Assembly: GCA_963720465.1 (NCBI GenBank)
Contig: OY970393.1
Coordinates: 1,472,001 to 1,536,000 of the forward strand
Direction: 5' to 3'
Source of the DNA: Methanobacteriota archaeon
Lineage (GTDB): Archaea; Halobacteriota; Bog-38; Methanoflorentales; Methanoflorentaceae
DNA length: 64,000 nucleotides
The notes beneath the pieces are model-generated. The model worked only from the letters and a program-made list of their open reading frames with translations. It had not been told where the DNA came from and did not search any database. The translations under genes and the position numbers were made by a program. Positions 50,970-61,069 of this stretch are shown piece after piece (the stretch's first letter is position 1; each line of letters starts with the position of its first letter).

Positions 50970-52934
50970 ATGAATTTTCAGAGTCTCAGAAGCACCAGTG
51001 TCGCCTATTTGATTTTTCTGGCGCTGTGCATACCGCTCGCGATAGCCATTGGGGGTCTTGTTCAGGTCTTCTGTGCTGGCGCTGTTCTCTTTTTTTTCCC
51101 GGGGTATTTCACGTCGCTCGTCATTCTGGGAGACCAAAGCGTCGCAGGCAGGATCGGCACGGCCATTGGTTTTAGCGTCGTCTTCCTCTCCATTCTCGAA
51201 ATCGTGTACACAGCCCTGCTGATACCGGGGAATCCTCTCACCATCGTTGGGCCGCTCTTTCTTTGGACGACCCTCATGTTCGTTTTCGCCCTTGTCCTGA
51301 ACCGTGAGCAGGCACCGATCAATGCGTCTGCCCTGCTCAAGCCTGAGAATATCATAATCGTCGCGATGCTCATTTTCGGGGCTGTTGCACGGCTGGCGTA
51401 CCCGGCGACGGTAGGCACAATTCCCTTCTTTGATCCGCTCTACTGGGCAACCCGCGCGGCCTACTTCGTGCACACGGGCTTCACGGGTATACCTTCATTC
51501 CTCTCAGCGGGCGTTAGTGACGAGATCCGAGAGCGAAGCTTCGAGTTCATGATGGGATCGTTCGCGATGACCGGTAACGCGTCAATCGTCGACATGGCTA
51601 TCTGGTTCGGACCTGTGGTGGGCGTTCTGGCCTCCATAATGCTTCTAGCAGTTTTGGAGCGACTCGGTGTGACCCTGTCCGGCAAAGTCGTCGCGCTCTT
51701 CTTGTTTGTCTCAATGGCCCCGTTGTATGAACTCTTCTGGAGGACGGACATCTCGATGATGCAGGTCGTCGGCACCTATTTCGTGTTCTTTGGCCTCTAT
51801 CTCTGTGCTTCACGGGAGACGGGCTCATTCCTAGCCGGCGCGTTTGTGCTGGGGCTCTCCATTGATATTCACATCCTCTACGGCGTTTACACACCCTTCA
51901 TATTCGCGTTCGTGGTGATTGCCCAGCTCATGAAACGACAGAACACGCTCACGACGGTTGCCTCTATTCCGACATATGTGCTCGGGCTGATGCTCTTTGC
52001 CTGGCGCTTCCTCGTTTATGGCATACCCTCGGGCTTCAGTCCAGCCCTCGTCACCATCAGCTCGGCGCCGTTCAAGGGCTTCACTTCAGCTTTCGTCGCC
52101 ACCAGTGCGGTGCCGTTCGCGATGCAGTCTGTTCTCCCGCTCATAGGGCTCCAACTGATGTACCCCGATCCGACGTACATCCTCCTCTACATAACGCCGC
52201 TGATAGCGGCGCTCGCCGTCGTAGGGCTCGCAGGCTCTGTGATCGAGACGAAAGAGTGGGAGCTCTCGCATCTCGTCTTGCTCGCCTTCGTGTTAGGGAT
52301 GTTTGCCGGTTGGGTCCTGTCAACTCTGTACTTTTCGTTTGCGCCGGCGACCGCTGAAATCTTCCTCGGGCGCGGCGTGGCGTATGCCGAAGCGGCTCTC
52401 ATACCTGCTGCGGGTCTTGGGGTCTCCATACTCGAGCGATCTCTCGGACGCAGATCTGCGCTTATCTCCCCGGGCAGAATTGTCGCTATCGTGCTGGTCG
52501 CGCTTATCATATTGACCAATGCGGCGGGGGCGATAACCACCGACAAATATCAGTCGGTGATTGGACTGGACGACCTCAACGCGATACGGTACGTGGGCCA
52601 GATCCCCGGCAACGCTACAAGACTAGCGTTTTTTGCGCCCCCCAACCCGAACGACCCGTTTGCGAACGCAAGCTCCTCGCAGCGCGAGGCGCTGTTCTAC
52701 ATCTCAAACCCGTCGGCGTTTGATACCTCACCGATGGCGTACCGAGACGAGGTGTCAAACAGCACCGCTGCGTTACAGGCCGCCATGCAAAGCGACAGAA
52801 GCTTTTACAAGTACGCGATCCTGTCGGAGAACTTCGGGTCCAGTGAGCGAAACGCCTTGGACAGTTACCTCAGGTCGAACGGTTACACGCAGGTGGCGAC
52901 ATTCGGCGATGCGTGGGTTTACGAGACCAGCTAG
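50970..52934 (+). CDS. Large polytopic membrane protein with GT-C-like architecture
   Basis: Many TM helices, DPLYW in the first external loop, soluble C-terminal domain; inside the GT cluster. Confidence 0.6.
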   Translation: MNFQSLRSTSVAYLIFLALCIPLAIAIGGLVQVFCAGAVLFFFPGYFTSLVILGDQSVAGRIGTAIGFSVVFLSILEIVYTALLIPGNPLTIVGPLFLWTTLMFVFALVLNREQAPINASALLKPENIIIVAMLIFGAVARLAYPATVGTIPFFDPLYWATRAAYFVHTGFTGIPSFLSAGVSDEIRERSFEFMMGSFAMTGNASIVDMAIWFGPVVGVLASIMLLAVLERLGVTLSGKVVALFLFVSMAPLYELFWRTDISMMQVVGTYFVFFGLYLCASRETGSFLAGAFVLGLSIDIHILYGVYTPFIFAFVVIAQLMKRQNTLTTVASIPTYVLGLMLFAWRFLVYGIPSGFSPALVTISSAPFKGFTSAFVATSAVPFAMQSVLPLIGLQLMYPDPTYILLYITPLIAALAVVGLAGSVIETKEWELSHLVLLAFVLGMFAGWVLSTLYFSFAPATAEIFLGRGVAYAEAALIPAAGLGVSILERSLGRRSALISPGRIVAIVLVALIILTNAAGAITTDKYQSVIGLDDLNAIRYVGQIPGNATRLAFFAPPNPNDPFANASSSQREALFYISNPSAFDTSPMAYRDEVSNSTAALQAAMQSDRSFYKYAILSENFGSSERNALDSYLRSNGYTQVATFGDAWVYETS

Positions 52935-52944
52935 GCAGCGAGGA

Positions 52945-54615
52945 TCACGGCTCCTTTGTTTCCCGCGGCGCGCGCAGTATCGCCCCGTCGCTTGCCGAAC
53001 TGACTGCGGCGGCGTATCTTTTCAAGTAGCCGCCGACGTCTTTTCGCACGGGAGTCCACGTTGCCTTTCTGGCCGCAAGGACATCGTCAGTCAGCTGCAC
53101 GGCCAGCCGGTGGTTCGGTATGTCAATAATAATCTCGTCCCCGTCGTGCAAAAACGCCAACGGACCTCCCTCAGCCGCCTCTGGTGAGATGTGTCCGACC
53201 GCGGGACCCCTAGTCCCGCCCGAGAAACGGCCATCTGTAATAAGGGGCACCTTCAGCCCCATTCCTGATATCGCGGCCGTTGGCGCAAGCATTTCGGGCA
53301 TCCCGGGTCCGCCTCTGGGCCCCTCATAGCGCACGACTACAACCTCCCCTTCGCTCACCGATCCGGCCAGAATGGCCTGCATCGCCTCATCTTCGGCGTT
53401 AAATACGCGCGCTTTTCCCGTATAGCGGAGCATGTCGTCGCTCACGCCGGCGCTTTTGACGATGGCGCCCTCGGGAGCGAGGTTCCCGAAAAGCACCGTG
53501 ATGCCGCCTGTAGCGTGCACCGGATCGTCGAGGGGGCGTATGATTGCGTCGTCACGGATGTGCGCCTCGTCAGCGATCTCGTAAACGCTCTTGCCCGAGC
53601 AGGTCGTTTCGTTGCGTAACAGCGTCCGAGCGCGTTTTATGACGCCTGGGACGCCGCCGGCGGCGTCGAGGTCGCTCATGGTATACGGGCCGACCGGATT
53701 CAGGGATGCGATGTGCGGCGTCTGTGCGCTCAGTTCGTCGAAAAGCGTGAGCGGGAGCGATATGCCCGCCTCGTGCGCGATTGCGGGGAGGTGCAGCGCC
53801 GTATTCGTAGAGCCACCGATCAGCATGTCGAGGATGATCGCATTCCGAAACGATGCCTCGGTCACAATGTCGCGCGGCGTGACTCCGTTCACTATGAGGT
53901 CGACGATGCGCTTTCCAGTCGCTTCAGCAATACGCCTCCTCTGGGCATCAACGGCTGGCGTTGTCGCACAATAGGGGAGCGAGAGGCCCAGCATCTCGGT
54001 CATACAGGCCATGGTGTTGGCCGTGTACAGGCCCTGGCAGCTGCCGCACCCGGGACACGCCCGGCTAACGAGCTCTTCGAGGTGCGCTTCCGTCATGCTA
54101 CCTGCCTGGACGCAGCCGACCCCTTCAAACGTCGAGACGAGCGTGATGTCTGTGCCTTCGTAGTACCCCGGTCGCATGGGACCGCCGGTCACCACCATAG
54201 CCGGCACGTTTAGTCGCAGCGCCGCCATCAGCATCCCGGGAACGATCTTGTCGCACGACCCCACCATGACCAAACCGTCAAACTGGTGCGCCTGCGCCAT
54301 GAGCTCAATGGAGTCGGCGATGTTCTCACGGGACGGGAGGGCATAGCGCATGCCAGAGTGCCCCATGGCGATGCCATCGCAGATGCCGATGGTGCCGAAC
54401 TCGAACGCGATGCCGCCGGCCAAATGTACCCCTTTTTTAACAAACTCAGCGAGATCACGCAGATGAAGGTGACCGGGAACGATTTCGTTCCAGGCGTTGG
54501 CGATGCCGACAAACGGCCGTTCGAGATCCTCGTCCCCCACGCCCAAGGCATTCAAGAGGGCCCTTTGGGGTGCGCGTGTCACCCCCCTCGTTATTTCCTT
54601 GCTCCTTAGTTCCAT
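52945..54615 (-). CDS. ilvD: Dihydroxy-acid dehydratase
   Basis: CDG, SRE, CDKIVPG, GGSTN, GGPGMPEM, TDGRFSG. Confidence 0.97.
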   Translation of the reverse strand: MELRSKEITRGVTRAPQRALLNALGVGDEDLERPFVGIANAWNEIVPGHLHLRDLAEFVKKGVHLAGGIAFEFGTIGICDGIAMGHSGMRYALPSRENIADSIELMAQAHQFDGLVMVGSCDKIVPGMLMAALRLNVPAMVVTGGPMRPGYYEGTDITLVSTFEGVGCVQAGSMTEAHLEELVSRACPGCGSCQGLYTANTMACMTEMLGLSLPYCATTPAVDAQRRRIAEATGKRIVDLIVNGVTPRDIVTEASFRNAIILDMLIGGSTNTALHLPAIAHEAGISLPLTLFDELSAQTPHIASLNPVGPYTMSDLDAAGGVPGVIKRARTLLRNETTCSGKSVYEIADEAHIRDDAIIRPLDDPVHATGGITVLFGNLAPEGAIVKSAGVSDDMLRYTGKARVFNAEDEAMQAILAGSVSEGEVVVVRYEGPRGGPGMPEMLAPTAAISGMGLKVPLITDGRFSGGTRGPAVGHISPEAAEGGPLAFLHDGDEIIIDIPNHRLAVQLTDDVLAARKATWTPVRKDVGGYLKRYAAAVSSASDGAILRAPRETKEP

Positions 54616-54667
54616 ATGCCTAAAGAATGATCGCTGAAGTTATAAAAATGAGTGCGCTGCTAAGATC

Positions 54668-54700
54668 GTGCCAAAAGTGTGCCAAAAGTGTGCCACTTTT
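54668..54700. repeat. 11-bp direct repeat GTGCCAAAAGT x2.5
   Basis: Copies at 54668 and 54679, partial at 54690. Confidence 0.85.
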
Positions 54701-55001
54701 TAAAAATGTGTCGCATTTCGATAAATTTGCTGGCGACTAAGATGGCTCCGCGTTCAGCATCCAGGATTTTTGCTGTTCGGAGTCCCGTTTGAAAAAAAAA
54801 AGTGAGATCGCTTGATATATTTTTAGCTGTATCTGGGGCTCACGGCCGAAAACTCGCACGGCAGCTGATACTTTAATGTGCGTACAACAGCTTTGCTGCC
54901 GTCGGGAGCGCCGACTGGAGACATTACAGATCGGCAGATCATTCGATTATCTTCCGGAAGTTCAATGAAGCCACTGCAAACATGAGGATATCAAAGAGCA
55001 C

Positions 55002-55253
55002 TATGACGGCAACGTCTACGCTTTCAACGCTGCAAGCGGGGCGAAAGTATGGGATTACACGACAGGGAGCGCCGTTCTCTGCTCTCCCGCCGTCTCAAAC
55101 TTAGTGGTCTACGTGGGGAGCAATGACGGGAACGTTTACGCCATCGGCAACGGAGCTGCGGCCACAGGTCAAGGTACGACGCCCGGCTTCGATGTGGTGC
55201 TCGCTTTTGTCGGGCTCGTAATCGCCGCTTACGTAGTGAAAAGGAAGCGCTAA
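55002..55253 (+). pseudogene. Headless 3' fragment of a PQQ-like propeller/PGF-CTERM gene
   Basis: YDGNVYAFNAASGAKVW...TPGFDVVLAFVGLVIAAYVVKRKR*; no in-frame start before the upstream TGA. Confidence 0.85.
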
Positions 55254-55336
55254 CGCCCTCCAACTTCTTCTTCTTTACGCACAGTGGCTTTTGTGTATGC
55301 CAATAATGAGTAGGTATTGGATAATAGGAATTATTA

Positions 55337-55543
55337 ATGGCCAATGATATTAAACTCAAGGTAGGCAACAGTAGCGGCGCAGCGACCGAGCTTAAAAGCG
55401 CCTTGCTGCCACAAACGGACGGCTGCGCCACGACCGGAAAAGCCGGATACGACAATTGGGTGCGGACGTACGCAGCGCGTGGTGTCCTCTATCCGCAGAT
55501 GAATACCCTTATACAGAAGGTACAGGCGTTGCAGGGGTCGTGA
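55337..55543 (+). CDS. Small hypothetical protein or gene fragment
   Basis: 68-aa ORF with an AT-rich upstream region and a pyrimidine tract downstream; no recognisable motif. Confidence 0.35.
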   Translation: MANDIKLKVGNSSGAATELKSALLPQTDGCATTGKAGYDNWVRTYAARGVLYPQMNTLIQKVQALQGS

Positions 55544-55745
55544 AGGGGTTTTTCATTATCCTCTTCGCTTCTTTCTTTTTCTTTCACTGTCCGCACGTTT
55601 GCGATTGACTATTTCCTAGCATGTCATGTTTGTTCAACATTTTCCGTGTGACTGGCAACTTTGCCCCTCTGTCAGTTTCAGACCGAAGCTTTTATCGTAT
55701 CCTTTGACATTTTTTTTAGGGCAACGAACGCTTTACGAGCCATTC

Positions 55746-56972
55746 ATGCGCGCATATAAAATCGTCTCATTTTCCATAGTTATTCTTCTCATTACAATCC
55801 TATTTACGGGCGCTGTAACCGTTCCTGCAGCAGCACAGAACGATACGATGATGTTTCGTTACAACGCCCAGCACACCGGTGATTACAGCCCCGTGGCGGG
55901 GAGCAACACGTCGAAAGGGCTGCTGACGTGGAGCTTCACGTCCGGAAACACCGTGTTCTCCTCCCCCGCCGTCGTCAGCGGGGTAGTCTACATGGGGAGC
56001 TATGACAGCAACATCTATGCCATCAACGCCACCACCGGGGCGAAGCTGTGGAGCTTCACGAGCGGAAACTATGTGCTCTCCTCCCCCGCCGTCGTCAACG
56101 GCGTCGTCTACGTAGGGAGCGATGACAACAGCACCTACGCCCTTAATGCTACCACCGGAGCGAAGCTGTGGAACTACACGACCGGAGGCTATGTGCTCTC
56201 TTCCCCCGCCGTCGTGAACGGCGTCGTCTATGTCGGGAGCGATGATGGCAACGTCTACGCCCTTAACGCTACCACTGGGATGAAAGTGTGGAACTACACG
56301 ACCCGAGGCTATGTGCGTTCCTCCCCCGCCGTCGTCAACGGCACAGTGTATGTAGGGAGCGATGACAACAACACCTACGCCCTTAATGCTACCACCGGGG
56401 CGAAGCTGTGGAACTACACGACAGGGAGCGCCGTGCTCTCTTCTCCTGCCGTCGTGAACGGCACAGTGTATGTAGGGAGCGATGACAACAGCACCTACGC
56501 CCTTAATGCTACCACCGGGGCGAAGCTGTGGAACTACACGACAGGGAGCGCCGTGCTCTCTTCTCCTGCCGTCGTGAACGGCACGGTCTACGTCGGGAGC
56601 TATGACAGCAACGTCTACGCTCTCAAAGCTACCACCGGGGCGAAGCTGTGGAACTACACGACCGGAGGCGACGTGTACTCTTCCCCCGCAGTCGCCAACG
56701 GCACGGTGTACATAGGGAGCTCTGACAACAACGTCTACGCTCTCAATGCCACCACCGGCAAGGTGACGTGGAGCTTCACGACCGGAGACTATGTGCTCTC
56801 CTCCCCGGCCGTCTCAAACGGGGAGGTCTACGTAGGGAGCGTCGATGGCAATATCTACGCCATCGGCAACGCAGCTGCGGCCACAAGTCAGAGTGCGACG
56901 CCCGGGTTCGATGTCATACTTGCTTTTGTCGGACTCGTAATCGCTGCTTATGTGGTGAGGAGGAGGAGCTAA
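55746..56972 (+). CDS. Secreted 8-blade PQQ/BamB-like beta-propeller with PGF-CTERM anchor
   Basis: Signal peptide MRAYKI..., eight 40-aa repeats W..TG..V.SSPAVV.G.VYVGS.D...YALNATTG, TPGF-TM-RRRS. Confidence 0.9.
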   Translation: MRAYKIVSFSIVILLITILFTGAVTVPAAAQNDTMMFRYNAQHTGDYSPVAGSNTSKGLLTWSFTSGNTVFSSPAVVSGVVYMGSYDSNIYAINATTGAKLWSFTSGNYVLSSPAVVNGVVYVGSDDNSTYALNATTGAKLWNYTTGGYVLSSPAVVNGVVYVGSDDGNVYALNATTGMKVWNYTTRGYVRSSPAVVNGTVYVGSDDNNTYALNATTGAKLWNYTTGSAVLSSPAVVNGTVYVGSDDNSTYALNATTGAKLWNYTTGSAVLSSPAVVNGTVYVGSYDSNVYALKATTGAKLWNYTTGGDVYSSPAVANGTVYIGSSDNNVYALNATTGKVTWSFTTGDYVLSSPAVSNGEVYVGSVDGNIYAIGNAAAATSQSATPGFDVILAFVGLVIAAYVVRRRS

Positions 56973-57245
56973 CCCACCCCACTTCTGCGTACCGCCCCTA
57001 GGAGTTCCTCACGAAGTACGAAGAGAGTGCCACGTACGCCTCGTCGACGGCGACCAAGTATGTCACTGTGATGGCAAAGGCGAGGTAGCAGAGTTCGCAG
57101 GGATAGCACAGCAAAACAATCTTTTTTTCGCTTTCAATGCCTTAGAGTGCATTGAGTACTGCCTTTTGTCATTAGTTTCAGACCGGAGACTTTATAGTGT
57201 CTTCTGACGCGTTGGTAGGCGTCCAAGAACGTTTTGCGAGGCATC

Positions 57246-58490
57246 ATGCGTGTATACAAAATCCTCTCATTTTCTGTGGTAGTCCTTCTTATTACAGTTG
57301 TATTCGTAGGCGGTGTAACCCTTCCTGCGGCAGCACAGTACGATACGATGCAATACCGGTATAACGCCGCGCACGCCGGCGATTACAGCCCTGTGGCAGG
57401 GCCGGTGTCATCAAACGGACAGCTGAAGTGGGGCCTCACGACCGGAAGCGTCGTGCTCTCCTCCCCTGCCGTTTCAAACGGCGTCGTCTATGTCGGGAGC
57501 GATGATGGCAACGTCTACGCCCTTAACGCTACCACTGGGATGAAAGTGTGGAACTACACGACCGGAGGCGAGGTGTACTCCTCCCCTGCCGTTTCAAACG
57601 GCGTCGTGTATGTCGGGAGTGAGAATAACAACGTCTACGCCCTTAACGCTAGCACCGGGGTGAAAGTGTGGAACTACACGACCGGAAACGCCGTGCTCTC
57701 CTCCCCTGCTGTCGTGAACGGGGTGGTCTACGTGGGGAGCAATGACTATAACGTCTATGCCCTCAACGCCACCAGCGGAGCGAAAGTGTGGAACTACACG
57801 ACCGGAAGCGCCGTGCTCTCCTCCCCTGCCGTTTCAAACGGCGTCGTGTATGTCGGGAGTGAGAATAACAACGTCTACGCCCTTAACGCTAGCACCGGGG
57901 TGAAAGTGTGGAACTACACGACCGGAAACGCCGTGCTCTCCTCCCCTGCTGTCGCCAACGGAGTCGTCTACGTCGGGAGCGAGAACAACAAGGTCTACGC
58001 CCTTAACGCTACCACTGGGATGAAAGTGTGGAACTACACGACCGGAGGGGGGGTTTATTCATCCCCGGCAGTCGTTAACGGCGTCGTGTACGTCGGGAGC
58101 GAGAACAACAAGGTCTACGCCCTTAACGCTACCACTGGGATGAAAGTGTGGAACTACACGACCGGAGGCGAGGTCAACTCCTCCCCCGCCGTCGTGAACG
58201 GGGTGGTCTACGTGGGGAGCAATGACTATAACGTCTATGCCCTCAACGCCACCAGCGGAGCGAAAGTGTGGAGCTTCACGACCGGAAGCGCCGTGCTCTC
58301 TTCTCCTGCCGTCGTGAACGGCACGGTGTATGTGGGGAGCTATAACAGCAACGTCTACGCCATCGGCAACGAAGCTGCGGCCACAAGTCAGGGTGCGACG
58401 CCCGGTTTCGAGGTCGTGCTCGCTTTTATCGGACTCGTTTTTGTCGGACTCGTAATCGCCGCTTACGCAGTGAAGACATACCGATACTGA
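57246..58490 (+). CDS. Paralogous 8-blade PQQ/BamB-like beta-propeller with PGF-CTERM-like anchor
   Basis: Same architecture; TPGF, a lengthened TM and a weaker basic tail (KTYRY). Confidence 0.9.
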   Translation: MRVYKILSFSVVVLLITVVFVGGVTLPAAAQYDTMQYRYNAAHAGDYSPVAGPVSSNGQLKWGLTTGSVVLSSPAVSNGVVYVGSDDGNVYALNATTGMKVWNYTTGGEVYSSPAVSNGVVYVGSENNNVYALNASTGVKVWNYTTGNAVLSSPAVVNGVVYVGSNDYNVYALNATSGAKVWNYTTGSAVLSSPAVSNGVVYVGSENNNVYALNASTGVKVWNYTTGNAVLSSPAVANGVVYVGSENNKVYALNATTGMKVWNYTTGGGVYSSPAVVNGVVYVGSENNKVYALNATTGMKVWNYTTGGEVNSSPAVVNGVVYVGSNDYNVYALNATSGAKVWSFTTGSAVLSSPAVVNGTVYVGSYNSNVYAIGNEAAATSQGATPGFEVVLAFIGLVFVGLVIAAYAVKTYRY

Positions 58491-58890
58491 GTGGGATGTT
58501 AGTTGGTTAAAAAGGAGTAATAATGCTCCGCTGGAGCTGGCGTTGCCTAGACTACACCGGCAGCTCCGTGTACCGGGAGTTCCTCGTGAAGTATCAAGGG
58601 ATCCCCACCTACGCCCCTCGACCGCGACAAGATATGGTACGGCGTGGGCGAATTAGCAGGGCCGGCACAGCGTGTTCCCTTCGCCCTATCCTAAGCTCCA
58701 AGTTCGTTATCTCTTTTTTGATTTCGAGGCCCTAGAGTGCATTGAGTGCTGCCTTTTGTCATCAGTTTCAGACCGGAGCCTTTATTATCCTTTGAAATTT
58801 TTTTAGGGCAACGAACGTTTTTCGAGGCAATCATGCGCGTATCCAAAATCGTGTCATTTGCAGGTACAGCTTTTCTCGCCAGAGATATCC

Positions 58891-61047
58891 ATGAACAAGT
58901 TGGTCCCACATAGAGAAACGCACGCTCGCACGCACAGTTGGAGTCGGCGTGGTAGAGAATGCATGACTCTTTTACTTCTGGCTGCGGTTTTGATCTCTCT
59001 CACCGCCGCCACGGCAAACCTCGTACCCAACGCGGCCGGGGCGCAGCCAGTAGTAGGCGCGACGACGCATCCGATACAGTACTGGATTGGCTGCGCGCCG
59101 TCGATGGTAACGAACGCCACGCTGACCTATTTTAAACAACAGGGATTCACCGCTGTCGTTATGGTTGTCCCCGACAGTCAGACGTATCAGACGCAACTCA
59201 CCACGATCAAGTCGAACAATATGCTGCCGATTATTGATATCGAGATGCCCATCTGGGACGGTGGACAGCTCCAGAGCACGCCGATAAGCAATTTTTCCGG
59301 CTATTTCCAGTCACTCAAAACCGCCGGCTGGCAATACGTCGCCTCGGAAGGCGGCAGGAGCGGCGACCTCGAGTACCTGGCGCACTACTTCAAGGGCTAT
59401 GTGAACTTCAACTGTGACCAGTGCGGCCTGTGGGAAGGGGGGTATCCGGTGTATACAAACCCCTTTACGGTCGCGAACAGCTGGGAGAGCTACTACCCAT
59501 CCGAGTGGCCCTACATCCAAAACGGATCAAAGCAGGCCGCTGCGCTTGGCATCCAGAACGGCATCCTCGCTGGCACGTGGGCTAATAGCGGCGGCGACAA
59601 CCAGATATATGCCAACTCAGTGAGCGGCAGCGGCACGCCCTCGTATCTCTCAATGCTGAACTGGTCGTATGCTAATGGAATCGGCTTCACGAGCTTCCAT
59701 GTCTGGTGCGGTGACAGTCCCAATGGGCTAAGCCAGTACCAATCATTAGGATTTGACAAGCTAGTCGCAGCCATGCAAGTGTATTACCCCGCGACCACGT
59801 CGGCGTCATTTGCCAAGGGGCAGCCCACCCAGCTCTCCCTCAGCGCGTCGAGCACGACCCCCGCCGTCAATCAGTCAGTCACTTTCACCGCCACCTTGAG
59901 TAACGGCACAACGCCGCTCTCAGGAGAGAACGCCACGATCTACCACCTCCTCAACGGCGTTCGCTACAACGACACCACCAACACCACCAACACCACCGGT
60001 CAGATCGCCGTCACCACGAGCTTTGGCTCTCCCGGCACACGTTCCTACTACGCCACGTTCGCCGGTGACGGCTCCTATCAGACATCGACGAGCAGTGTCG
60101 TCACCGTGAACGTTAAAGCACAGACCAAGGTCACCCTCACCGCCTCCAACTCCACCCCCGCCGTCAATCAGTCAGTCACTTTCACCGCCACCTTGAGTAA
60201 CGGCACAACGCCGCTCTCAGGAGAGAACGCCACGATCTACCACCTCCTCAACGGCGTTCGCTACAACGACACCACCAACACCACCAACACCACCGGTCAG
60301 ATCGCCGTCACCACGAGCTTTGGCTCTCCCGGCACACGTTCCTACTACGCCACGTTCGCCGGTGACGGCTCCTATCAGACATCGACGAGCAGTGTCGTCA
60401 CCGTGAACGTCACCAACGTCACCAAGATGCCGACCACCCTCACCCTCACCGCGTCCAATTCCACCCCCGCCGTCAATCAGCAGGTCACCTTCAATGCCAC
60501 CTTGAGTAACGGCACAACGCCGCTCTCAGGAGAGAACGCCACGATCTACCACCTCCTCAACGGCGTTCGCTACAACGACACCACCAACACCACCAACACC
60601 ACCGGTCAGATCGCCGTCACCACGAGCTTTGGCTCTCCCGGCACACGTTCCTACTACGCCACGTTCGCCGGTGACGGCTCCTATCAGACATCGACGAGCA
60701 GTGTCGTCACCGTGAACGTCGACGCTCAGACGAACATCGCCCTCACCGCGTCAAACACCACCCCAGCCGTCAATCAGTCAGTCACTTTTAACGCCACGCT
60801 CTCGTGGTGGAACCCCGCAACCGGCAAATGGGTGGCTGTCACCACGAGCGGCGAGCCGATACAGGTCTGGCACACCCTCAACGGCGTTCGCTATAACGAC
60901 ACGACAATCAACACGAACGGCAGCAGCACGGCAACGTTCACACAGAAGTGGACATCAGCCGGCACACGCTACTATTATGCCACCTTCGCTGGCGACACGT
61001 GGTATAATGCATCGACGAGCGCGGTCGTGACGATGACCGTTCATTAG
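58891..61047 (+). CDS. Secreted protein with an unknown ~270-aa N-terminal domain and four Ig-like repeats (start 58891 or 58963)
   Basis: Signal peptide MTLLLLAAV...AGA; ~100-aa repeats TPAVNQSVTFTATL...YYATFAGD; three copies nearly identical in DNA. Confidence 0.85.
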   Translation: MNKLVPHRETHARTHSWSRRGRECMTLLLLAAVLISLTAATANLVPNAAGAQPVVGATTHPIQYWIGCAPSMVTNATLTYFKQQGFTAVVMVVPDSQTYQTQLTTIKSNNMLPIIDIEMPIWDGGQLQSTPISNFSGYFQSLKTAGWQYVASEGGRSGDLEYLAHYFKGYVNFNCDQCGLWEGGYPVYTNPFTVANSWESYYPSEWPYIQNGSKQAAALGIQNGILAGTWANSGGDNQIYANSVSGSGTPSYLSMLNWSYANGIGFTSFHVWCGDSPNGLSQYQSLGFDKLVAAMQVYYPATTSASFAKGQPTQLSLSASSTTPAVNQSVTFTATLSNGTTPLSGENATIYHLLNGVRYNDTTNTTNTTGQIAVTTSFGSPGTRSYYATFAGDGSYQTSTSSVVTVNVKAQTKVTLTASNSTPAVNQSVTFTATLSNGTTPLSGENATIYHLLNGVRYNDTTNTTNTTGQIAVTTSFGSPGTRSYYATFAGDGSYQTSTSSVVTVNVTNVTKMPTTLTLTASNSTPAVNQQVTFNATLSNGTTPLSGENATIYHLLNGVRYNDTTNTTNTTGQIAVTTSFGSPGTRSYYATFAGDGSYQTSTSSVVTVNVDAQTNIALTASNTTPAVNQSVTFNATLSWWNPATGKWVAVTTSGEPIQVWHTLNGVRYNDTTINTNGSSTATFTQKWTSAGTRYYYATFAGDTWYNASTSAVVTMTVH

Positions 61048-61069
61048 TCCAGATACGCGAGCGAGGGCG

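Noticed and set aside
55920-58370. CRISPR array or DGR template/variable repeats
   Set aside because: The 120-bp period is the coding blade repeat; no RT or accessory gene in the window; NNC bias is explained by high GC3, and some variable codons (GAG, GGG) do not fit
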